From NCBI GenBank assembly GCA_000004985.1, contig GG738857.1: a DNA stretch of 64,000 bases. The stretch is one strand, 5' to 3'. This stretch comes from Naegleria gruberi (taxonomy: Eukaryota). This document shows positions 44,117 to 55,023 of this stretch, one piece after another; the stretch's first letter is position 1; each line of letters opens with the position of its first letter. A program made the translations under genes and the position numbers. The notes beneath the pieces are model-generated. The model searched no databases and was not told the origin of the DNA. It saw only the letters and a list, made by a program, of their open reading frames with translations.

Positions 44117-46556
44117 ATGTCATCATCAACTGTTCCTGTTCGTTCAGGTTCCCTCAACAAGAAGAAAGTTGTCATTTCCATTGATTTTGGTACATCAAGA
44201 ACTGGTTTCTGTTATTCACTCACCAATGATGTGAAAAAGACTCGAGTTAAGAATACCTCATGGAAAGATGCACCAAGTGGAGTTTCATTCCCAAAGACTC
44301 TCACTCAATTACTTTATGAAAAGAGTGATACAAGAAAACCTGTTGCTTGGGGTTACACTTCACTTGACATGTTGTCAAGAGAATTTGAAGATGAGAGTGA
44401 ATCTGATGAAGATGAAGAAGGTGGTGAAGAGATTCCAGCACAAAATAGCAAGTATTATCATTTCAAGACATTCAAAATGGGATTATTCAATAATCCATCT
44501 GGTATGGTGAAGGATACAACTGGTGTTTTTGAAAAGAATGTTGGTGAATTGATAGTTGACTATTTGAAATTATTATTCCATGATCAGATTAAGCCAACTG
44601 TTGAGAAATCATTGGGATCTAAATTGAATCTTGATGAAGTTACTTGGTGTTTAACAGTTCCAGCCATTTGGAAAGATGAACAAAAATCAGATATGAGATT
44701 AGCTGCTTACACTGCTGGTTTAACAAAGACACCTGAAGCATCTTCTGATGATTTTAAGATTATTCTTGAACCAGAAGGAGCTGCTGCTTATTGTATGGAA
44801 TATCAAGCTTCTAAAGGTAAACCATTGAGAGAGGGCGAATCATTCCTTGTTTGTGATCTTGGTGGTGGTACAGTTGACTTGACATGTCATAAATTTGAAA
44901 AGGCAAGATTGAGAGAATTAGCTGAAGGATCTGGTGATGCATGTGGTTCTACATATTTAGATGATGCTTTTATTATTTATTTGGAAGAATGTTTTGGTAA
45001 GAAATTTGTTGAAACCTTAAGGAAAAAGTATGGCCAAACTTATTTGGACATTTTAAAGATTTGGGAAAGAACAAAAGTTACAACAACAGATTTAACAAAA
45101 GATATTAATGTTGATATGCCTGGTCAATTAAGTAGTTTTTTAGAAAGTGCCAATGTTAAAAGTGATAAATTCAGAGCTAAAAGAGGTCAACTCAAAATTA
45201 CAAGTGAAGCTTTACAAACAATTTATCAAGATTCATTAGAAAAAACAAGAAATCTTGTTGAAAAGCAATTAGAAACAATCCAATCAGAGACTGGTAAAAT
45301 GGTTGATTATATTTTCATAGTTGGTGGTTTTGGTGCTTCCAAAGTAGTTCAAAACTTTCTAATTGACAATTTCTCTTCACAAGTTAAGGGAATTGTAATT
45401 CCAAATGAACCTGCTGAAGCTGTTGTTGATGGTGCTGCATTATTAGGTATTGATGATTCATTAATTTCAACACGTAGAATGAGAATGACTTATGGAGTTA
45501 AAGCTCAAAAAGGAAGTGAAGAAATATTCGATACTTTTGTAATTGCTAATCAAGAACTTGAAGTTGATCAAGGAATTTCAAGAGAATACAAAGTTCAAAG
45601 AGCTAATCAACAAGCTATGAAAATAATCATCTACAGCACTAAATTGAAATCAATTACAAAAGTTGACGAAACTAAATGTCATAAGATTGGTGAAATTCAA
45701 GTACATATGACAGATATGACAGGTGGCATGGATAGAATAGTGAAAGTTACAATGTATTTTGGTAGATCAGAAACTAGAGTTACTGCCATTGAAAAGAATA
45801 CTGGAATTGAGTATAGTGCATTAATTAAGTATGATGGTGAATTATTTTCACATGGTGAAAGTATTGCTGACACTCCACCAGTTCAACCTCACCATTTGTA
45901 AGTATAGAATGTTATATTGAAGTTTACAATTTCTAACTGTTAAAAGAATTTTTGCAAATGATGTTTCAGGATCAATGTGGGCAAGAGATGCTTTACCAAC
46001 AATGAGTTTACTTAAAGTAAGTATTCTTCCATGATGTTTTTTACTAATATTCAATTAGACCTCTCATAATAACAGAGTAGGAGCACTTTATGAAGCATGT
46101 TATGCCTTTTTAGAAACAAGAAAAGAAACTTCAGATATTTCATCGTGTATTCTTCATAATCATGATTCAATCATTATTTATGATAAAAAACCTGCAACTC
46201 CATCACTTGTTTCTGATTACATGATGAAATATAATGCCGACGGTGGCAACAACTTTTTAAAAGTATTCGAAACTGTCGAACAAGTTCTCAAATCGAGTAA
46301 TAACGAGGAATTCAAACCAATAGTTTTCTTTATGACAGATGGTGCTTGGCACGACGACGGAGCACCTGCCTACTTGGAAGGCTTAATGTTAAGATATCCA
46401 GATTTAACAGTTCATGTCATTAATTTGGGTAGTTCAATTAATTTTGAATTGATGAATAGAATTGCAAAGATTGGTAGAGGAACCATTTCAACATCTGGAA
46501 TGAGCGCTGTAGAATTGAAGAGTACCTATCTCAGCTTGCTTCCTTACTTGGATTAA
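44117..46556 (+). CDS. HSPA12-type Hsp70-like ATPase fused to a C-terminal von Willebrand factor A (vWA) domain
   Basis: Exons 44117..45897, 45947..46016 and 46059..46556, with introns of 49 and 42 nt (phases 2 and 0). ATPase motifs: VISIDFGTSRTGF; WCLTVPAIWKDEQKSDMRLAAYTAGL; ILEPEGAAAYC; FLVCDLGGGTVDLTCH; IFIVGGFGAS. The vWA MIDAS motif DVSGSM appears only after splicing, and a later FFMTDGAWHDDG follows. Confidence 0.8.
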
Positions 46557-46659
46557 TAATATTTCCCATAAAACATTCCCATGGTGGATATCCTTGTATT
46601 GTACAATATTATGAAACTAATAGTATTAATGAATAATTTAATAAAAAGTATTGGTAGTA

Positions 46660-48539
46660 CTACCAATTTGGTTGTGGATTTTTAGTTCTAGATTGATATT
46701 TTCTATCAAACATTTGATATAAATAACCTTCACACATTCCTTGTACTTTGTTGAAATGACATCTAACAAATGGATCAATTTTAGATGCTAAAATAGTTCT
46801 CTTAACATTTGGTCCTAAAATTGGTAATAAGAATTTCTTAAACCACCAATTACCACCTTTAGCATCTAATTGTAAATCAACCATTGTTGCCATAATATAT
46901 GGTGGAATATAAATTCTATAAACACGTGTTTGGAACTCTTCAAATGTTTTGTAATCAATTGTAGAAACATCTCTTCTTAAAATTTCATCTAAAATTAATT
47001 GACATTCTGTCATACATGTAACACCTTGTCCATAGACAGGATTTAATGATCCAACTATTTGCAATTAGTTAATGAATTAATCAATTAGTCAATTAGTAAA
47101 TGAATCAATCTTAATAAATCTTAATAAAATTGCTTACCTGAATCACCAAGTGCAAGGAAATTTTCAAGAACATGTTGATTTCCATTTTCATCCTTATATT
47201 GTGTAATCTTTTCCCAATGATTTAAAACAGTTCCATCCTTCTTATAATTTGACCAATCAATAACTGGACCTTGTTCTAAATCACAATGTTCAAAGAATAA
47301 TTTAGTCTTTTCTGAAATATCAGGTGAAACCTTACTTAAATAATCAATACAATCTTCATGATTCTTAATTTTAACACATTCTGGATTTTTACTACCAGTT
47401 TCACCAATAATAAACATTCCCTTATCTTGTGAAACTCTATAGTAAATCATACCACTTTTAGTTGGAAAACCAACATTACCAATATATGCCCAAACAGGTG
47501 TTTTACCATCTTTTTTAAAGAATCCATCTTGCATATTTGGATCTTTCAATTTGTAAATTGCTGAAGTGTAGGTTGTTGTGAGAATAATCTTACTCTTTTC
47601 CATTTCAAATTTTCTATTAGAATCTTTGGAAAATTCTTCTTCAACCCAAATTGGTGTTTGAGTTGTTAAACCTGAACAATCAATTACTAAATCTCCATAA
47701 ACTTGTTCACCTTCTTGTAATTTAACACCTTTAACACGATGAATAATTTTAGAATCTTGTGTTTGAACCTTTTCAAATATTAAACCACTAACTGTTTGAT
47801 CATCTCTGAATTGAATTTTACCCAATGGTGATGAATTTTCATCAATAGTACTACTATTATTACTACTATTATTACTATTACTATTATTATTGGTGTTGAC
47901 ATTAGTTGAAGTAGATGATTTTCCAATTAATGATGAAGAATTCTTATTAATATTCATAATTAAATCTCTAATATAAGATTCAATTTGATATCTTGTCATT
48001 TGATAACCAGGTGGACAAATAGTTTGACCTTCAATTAAACCACATAATTTATCAGATTTACCATCAATGGCAGCATAATCTGTATTTTCAATTAAAATTT
48101 TAAAAGCTCCCATCTTTTCAATTTCATTAATAAAATCAATATTTAAATAACCACCAAATAATTTCTTGAAAATTGTAATACATCTCAATAAAAAAATGTG
48201 AGTTTGAGTTCCTTGTGGAGCAGTTGACTATTACAATAATATTTAATATTAAATATTAAATTACAATATTTAACATACCTTGTTAGTTTCATATCTCTTC
48301 TTTTCAAATAAAATAACATTTTCAAAATGGAAACAAGCATTGAGTGCAGTTGTAATACCACCAATACTACCACCAATAATAATACATGTACCTTTCTTTT
48401 TCTTATCTGAAACTTGTCCAAGTTTAGAATTTTCCAATTTGACTTGAGCATCAAAGAATGGTTTAATATTATTTAACCAATAATAATAGGCATAACATGG
48501 AAGTGCAACTAGTGCAGACAATGCAAGATATCCTAACAT
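46660..48539 (-). CDS. FAD-dependent oxidoreductase/monooxygenase-like protein with N-terminal membrane anchor
   Basis: Exons 48279..48539, 47138..48227 and 46660..47054, with introns of 51 and 83 nt. Motifs: TM anchor MLGYLALSALVALPCYAYYYW; Rossmann CIIIGGSIGGITTA...VILFEKK; PQGTQTHIFL; and the GD motif split by an intron, LALGDS|VGSLNPVYGQGVT. An Asn/Ser-rich insertion is present. Confidence 0.7.
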
Positions 48540-49180
48540 TTTGGACTATAGTATAGTTTAGGTGTTGAATTAATAATTATAAATATATTTGTATATTGGA
48601 GTGGTGTTATATGATGAAGTGGAGAAGAGTAATATGAATCAACCATTCGTTATATGGTTTAATAGTAATAGTTGTTGTTGTGATAATGATGAGAGGAATG
48701 GAGCGGCTATTAACACTTACTTTTTTTTCTATTCGAAAGATTTTAATTGATGCGTGCTGGAATGCTGTCATTCGATTGATTTGGAAAGCTACTTTGAAAG
48801 ATGGTAGTCAAAATACGGTATGAAACCTTCAACAGTTGATTATCAGATCTGATTACGAATTTTTCAAAAGGCTTTATGAAATTACTGTGAAATAATTGAT
48901 GAAAATATTATTTCTCAGAACTGGTAATTATTTGGTACCGAGTATTACGACATCTACTGTTACTTTACAGTTTTCCGATTTCAACAGCATCATCAAATGA
49001 GAAAAGCCTTATTCCTTGTTACTCCTTCATCAAACACAGATTGTGCTCACTATTAAAAATCAAATGCATTTTTTTAATAATCTAGATTATTGATAAGAAT
49101 TTTAGCAAACCAAAATGCAATCGAATTAAAATCTGCTCAAACAACTAGTTCTTTCGAATACGTTATTCATGATTGAAAAT

Positions 49181-49340
49181 GGATGTGTAGCTCAGTTGGA
49201 AGAGCAAGGAAAACTAGTCCAAGCTGTGTATCAAGTGAAGTGGATGGGAGATGGATGGGAATAAAACTTGATTAAAAAACAGCTAGACTCTGGGACAGAT
49301 CCCAGGCCCCTGGTCGCACGATCGAAACGTGTCACATCCA
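49181..49340 (+). ncRNA. tRNA-like Pol III-type gene: tRNA 5' and 3' halves separated by ~110 nt that do not fold as a canonical anticodon arm
   Basis: The 5' end GGATGTG-TA-GCTC-AGTTGGAA-GAGC gives an acceptor strand plus D arm (A box). The 3' end GCACG-ATCGAAA-CGTGT-CACATCC-A gives a T arm (B-box-like) plus a complementary acceptor strand. The T5 run 49350..49354 lies 10 nt downstream of the gene end. The interior contains a long hairpin (AGTCCAAGCTGT ... ACAGCTAGACT). I could not find a 5-bp anticodon stem consistent with a 37/38 intron. Confidence 0.4.
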
Positions 49341-49413
49341 ATAATATTAATTTTTCATATAAATTGATTGGCAAACAAATATCAACTATGACTAAAATAG
49401 TTTATTTACAATT

Positions 49414-50790
49414 TTAGTAACTTTCTATTACACACGCTTTTAAAGATGAAATAATTATTTCAAATTGTTGTGAACAATTAATATTATGATTTCTTTCTTT
49501 GCAAAATTCAATTAATGGAATAAAATTAGCAAGAAAATGAGTTGTAAAAAGAGATCTCTCACCAATTTCAGTTTTAAATTCATTCTCCAAATTGCTAGAA
49601 TCACAGCAATCGTCACAAATATCAAATGAATCATAACCATCCACTGTTGATTGATAAAATCCTGAACATGTTTGATCACATATTTTACATGTCTTTGTTG
49701 ATTCAATTTTAAAAATATCAAAATTATTTCCATACTTTTGTTTCATGTTTGGAATCAAGTTACTTATTTCTGATGGTAAATGATTTAATAATTCAAAATA
49801 TTGTAAAAATTCAACAATACTTCTTCCTACACATGTCAATTTGTGATCATTTAGGTATGATTTGATTAACCATTTTAGTGATTCTTCCATATTTGGCAAT
49901 GTACCAACACCAACACAATACATGTAAGCTACTCCATATTGTGCAAAGCAATAGTTTTGTTTGGCTGATTTTAACAACCATTCAAGTCCAAGTTTTAAAT
50001 CTTTTTCATAATATTCACCAGAATAGTAATAAATACCAATCCAATATTGAGCTAAACAATTTCCATTTCCAGCAGATTTGAAATACCAATCTGTTGCTTT
50101 TTTGAACTCTTCATTAAGTCTATAATGTCTAGCGAGTTTATGTTGATATTTACTATTTCCTAATTCAGCTCCTTTTAAAAGCCATTTTTCTTTCATTTCT
50201 GATGAATTTTTGTTTAATTTTTTCATTTTCTTTATGGCAGGAAAATAATTTAATTCTGCTGATTTTTCCAAAAATGTAATATCCTTATTATATAAATAAA
50301 TTAAATAGTTAAAAATTGGATTATTGGTTTGTTTGGCACATTTTTTATAAACCTTGTTCAATTTAATTCTACTTTTAATATTTGGTAAATCAATTTCAAA
50401 TTTTTTTAATTGTTTAATAATTGAATTTGGAGAAATAATTAATTTTTCCAATACTTTTAAACTAAAATCACCACTTAAATATAATTTTTCCAATTTTGTA
50501 AATAATTTACAATTAAAAATAGTTTTTAACATTTCAGTATTTACATTATTAAAACTACATTTACAAATTTGTAATACTATTTGACTATTACAAAATTTTT
50601 CCATATCCGAAAGTGAAACAAAACGTGTAGAAACCATTTTCAATTTTAAATAGTAATAAATAGACATATCAGACCAATATTTACAAACAAGTCTATGAAC
50701 CAACCATTCATTTGGTAGATAACTTGAAATGTGTGCTAAAATCTCAGGTGGAATTTCATCATTGAAATTTCGTTTTGATAAATTAGACAT
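49414..50790 (-). CDS. F-box / Sel1-like repeat protein with C-terminal Cys-rich (ZZ-like) zinc-finger motif
   Basis: Single 458-aa ORF. F-box IPPEILAHISSYLPNEWLVHRLVCKYWSDM; Sel1-type repeats (GNSKYQHKLARHYRL..; GNCLAQYWIGIYYYSG..; NYCFAQYGVAYMYCVGVG); C-terminal CKICDQTCSG...FDICDDCCDS. Confidence 0.75.
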   Translation of the reverse strand: MSNLSKRNFNDEIPPEILAHISSYLPNEWLVHRLVCKYWSDMSIYYYLKLKMVSTRFVSLSDMEKFCNSQIVLQICKCSFNNVNTEMLKTIFNCKLFTKLEKLYLSGDFSLKVLEKLIISPNSIIKQLKKFEIDLPNIKSRIKLNKVYKKCAKQTNNPIFNYLIYLYNKDITFLEKSAELNYFPAIKKMKKLNKNSSEMKEKWLLKGAELGNSKYQHKLARHYRLNEEFKKATDWYFKSAGNGNCLAQYWIGIYYYSGEYYEKDLKLGLEWLLKSAKQNYCFAQYGVAYMYCVGVGTLPNMEESLKWLIKSYLNDHKLTCVGRSIVEFLQYFELLNHLPSEISNLIPNMKQKYGNNFDIFKIESTKTCKICDQTCSGFYQSTVDGYDSFDICDDCCDSSNLENEFKTEIGERSLFTTHFLANFIPLIEFCKERNHNINCSQQFEIIISSLKACVIESY

Positions 50791-51212
50791 TTTTTTTAAA
50801 GTTGATCAAAACTCCACAATTTCTAATTCTATTAATAAAAGTGCAAAATCACCATCACGTTTATCACGTTTTGTCAAGTTAGAAAGTTCCAACTCAATTT
50901 TATTTAAATAAAATTTCATTGTTTTTGAATATTACTTAATCATTGAGAGTTGATGAAACCAGGCTTCAATACATGTCTTAATGAGCCTTCCGAGTTCTCG
51001 CATTGGATTAAAAAAATTGTTTAATATTCTTTACAATCCATTCAACAATGAAGGCTTGATTGAAAGGCTTTCATGAATTAGAACTCATGAACTTGATATT
51101 AATATCATTAGAAAAAATATCTTTTCATCATCAACTACCACTCTCTTGTAGAAATATTCATCATCCGATCACATCAAAGTAGTACTGATAGAAACAATTT
51201 GCTATTTTGTTC

Positions 51213-52668
51213 ATGGGTAATAAATCTTTTAAACAAGCGAACAACAAATCAATTTCATCAACAAGTTTATCATCACAACCCAATTCCAATTTTAATAACA
51301 ATAACAACAACAATAATAACATGTATCAAAGAAATACTCATCATCTTAGAACTGGTGGGAAGAGTGTAGTTTTTGGTTGCGGATATAATTCAGCATCATT
51401 ACTCGGAGTATCACACTCTGATGTTGAAGATAATGGAGTTCATGGATCAAATTCCTTTTCTCAAGATGTAACACAATTTGTTTTCTTATCAACATTACAA
51501 GAATTATTGAATAATGATTCTCCTGGACAACATGTTTGTCAAATTGTTGTTCAATTTTCCAAAACCTACTTTTTAACATCTCATGGTCATGTCTATACTT
51601 CATTTCCATTAGCAAGAGATGTTCAATTTGATAGTATTTTACCTGATCGTGTTGTGGAAATGAGATCAGGACAGAATAGAACATTATTTAGAACTGAATT
51701 TGGTCAAATTTATGTAAAAGCAGATGGTCCACTCTCTAAAATTACTGGAGTTACTAATACACAAGTAAATAATGTAAAATTATTTGGAGTTGGTGGTTTA
51801 CATTACTGGTTATTAGATGATGAAACTAATCGTTTATATGGTGAAGGAGAAATTAATGGAGCTAGTGTTGAAAAAGTTATAGAATTGAATGATTATTTAC
51901 AGAAAGATGAAAAAGTTAGAGATATTGTTACAGGTGGTAATTCGTATGTTTTTTTTATTTCATTTTATAGTAACAATTATATATAACATTGTTTAAATAA
52001 TGATGAATTGAAATTTGAAATTTGATAATAGATTTGTTTTAATAACAAATAAGAATAATATTTATGTATATGGAGAGAAGGAAGCTTTTGGATCAACAGT
52101 TGATGAACATTATTCTAAACCAACAAGATTAAGACAATTTGATGGAATGGTAAAATCAGTTGTTTGTGGATGGTATTTTACAATTATTTTAACATTTAAT
52201 GGACAATTATGGATGGCAGGTAGAAATACATATCAACAACTTTCATCTAAAAATCTATCATCTCATGATAATGTTGTTCAATGGTTTATAGATGATTCAT
52301 TAGTATTAAATCCAAATGAAGAAATTGATCAAATTGGATCTGGATCAGATCACGTTTTAATATCAACAACAATTGGAAGAATTTTCACAAGAGGAATGAA
52401 TACATATGGTCAACTTGGTAGAGATAATAGAACTCAATCTGGAGTATTTATGGAACCAAGTTTTAAAAATCAAAATTACAAGGAAATTATTTCTAAATTT
52501 GTTGGACCAAAATTTTCAATTTCATTTGCAGATAATAATTTTAATACTTTAAGTTCCTTTTTAATTATTCATTCAGTTAGAGAATCAAAGGAACTTATTC
52601 AAATGAGATCAAAACTTTTAAATTGTTCAAAACAATCTTTATTATCAGATTTAGTAATTTTACATTAA
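51213..52668 (+). CDS. RCC1-repeat (regulator of chromosome condensation-like) protein
   Basis: Exons 51213..51943 and 52032..52668, with an 88-nt intron (GTATGT..TAG, phase 2). RCC1-like blades: VVFGCGYNSASLLG; GGLHYWLLDDETNRLYGEGE; IYVYGEKEAFGS; GQLWMAGRNTYQQL; GRIFTRGMNTYGQLGRDN. Confidence 0.7.
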
Positions 52669-53247
52669 AACATTTTAATTTATTATTTAATATATTATTT
52701 TGATGATTGTAAAGTTAAAATGATGATCATGTGAGGATTAGTTATTATTGATTCAAGTCATTAGAGATAGATGAATAATAATTGATGAAATTTGAATGAA
52801 AATTTATTGTTTTTAGAATGTACTGTCAACATAATTTTTCCATAAAAGTAACAATTGTGAATCTTCGTAATGTTAAATATCAAAAATCAAAAACTGATTG
52901 ACGTTGTGTAAAACCAAACGTCATCAAAAATCGACTCGTCATTAAAAAAAATATCTGAACAGCTCTTAACAATAACAATCATCATCACCTGTTTCTGATA
53001 ATAAAATTATTATTATTTGATTATTATCGGTTTCTAATAACAATAGAGGTTAAGTGGCAGTAGAGTAATATAGAAGTTTTTTATAGAAGGAGTAGAAACA
53101 AATCATCATCATCATCATCTCTCTCCAGTTACTCACTCCATAACTATATTGTTATCATCATCAATATCATCAATTTATTATTATTATTAATAATATTAAA
53201 TAGTGTACATATTACAATAATAATAATAATAATATTAAAAAATTAGA

Positions 53248-54992
53248 ATGTCAGGTTTTTCATCACAATCTATTCAAGCATCACTTGTTAGACCATCCAA
53301 ATATAGACATTTAAATGGATTTGAAACTAAAAGTGAGAGATATGAAAATATTAATGTTGGTTATGGTCAAAAATTAAGTAATACATTAAAAACCAATGGT
53401 TCAATCTATGCATTACCATTTAATGTAACAGGTGGTACTTTATCATTTAAATATTTAAATGATTATGGTAGATGGGATGAAAAATTACAAAATTATGGAA
53501 TTATTAAGGCTCACAAGGGAAGATTATCAGATTTTGATATTTCCCCTTTTAGAAATAGAGATCATTTAGTAACTGTTTCTAATTCTGATAATATTATTAG
53601 ATATTGGAAATTACCTACAAATAATAATGATAATGATAATAATAGCAATGATATTTCTTCTTCTAATATTACTTCTACTAATACTTCCAATATAAATGGT
53701 AATAATACTATATATAGAACCTATGAAGAAATGGATTGTGATTTGGAATTAAATGATACAAATAATACAAAATCAACTATTAGTAGAATATCATTTAATC
53801 CACTTGTTGATAATTCACTTGTTAGTATTCAAGGAGATTTAATCCATTTTTGGGATGTTGAAAAAAAGAAAATTTTAAATTCAATTCAAAATTTACCAAA
53901 TCCATCAATTTCTAGTAAAACATTACCAACAGTTGAAAGTTTAGGATGGAATGAATATGGTAATTTATTTATATGTGGTACAAATGATCGTTCCATTAGA
54001 ATTTATGATATTAGATTATCTTCCAATTATAGTAATAATAATAATAATAATAATAATCAATCTAATAATCAACAAATATGTATAACTGAAGGACATTCAA
54101 GTATGAAACCATTTCAAACATTATATTGTGAAAATATGTATATATGTAGTGTTGGATTTTCTAAAAATGGAGGTAGAGAATTAGCCATGTATGATATTAG
54201 AAAAGATTTGAAATGTTTACAAAGAATTTCCATTGATAATGGTGGTTCAGTTTTAACACCATTTTATGATTCAGATATTAAATTACTATATTTAGTAGGT
54301 AGAGGAGATGGTAATATTAGATTTTATGAATTAGAAGGTGGTATTATGCATTATTTAAATGATTATAATTGTCAATCTACATCTGCATCTGTTGATTGGT
54401 TACCAAAATGGAAATTAAATGTTAATAATTTTGAATTGGCTAAATTTTTAAGATTAACAAATGAAAAAACAATTGAAACTCTTTCAATGAGAGTTTCTAG
54501 AAAATCAAATATTGAACAATATTTTCAAGAAGATATATTTCCAGATACTTGGAATGGTCAACCTATTTATAATAATACTAATCAATGGTTAAATACTATT
54601 ATTAATAATAATACTACTTCTATTAATAATAATACTATACAAAGTAATATTAATAATAGTAATGGTAATGGTAATGAAAATTTGAATGAAAATGAATTAT
54701 TACAAACTAGACCAACCATGTCATTAAAACCATCTGATAAAATATCTATCTATGATGTACCTATTAGTGAAGGTGGTAAAATTAGACCATCCACTACTAA
54801 TTTAAGTAAATTACATTCATCATCATCTTTAAATAGTATTGAAAATACTCCAACTACTACATTAGATACCCCAACTACTATTACAAATTATAATACAAAT
54901 GAACAAGTTGATGATGAATTTAAAGATTTAAATGAAAATCAACAATTTGATGACAATGAAGAAGAAGAAGAAGAATTAATTACCATTAATAC

Positions 54993-55023
<31 letters not shown>

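Noticed and set aside
49181-49340. Canonical tRNA with a 37/38 intron
   Set aside because: With the T arm fixed, positions 39-43 would be GCCCC, but positions 27-31 are AGGAA, so there is no pairing. Alternative registers gave no 5-bp stem with a 7-nt loop and U33. It is kept as a tRNA-like gene instead.
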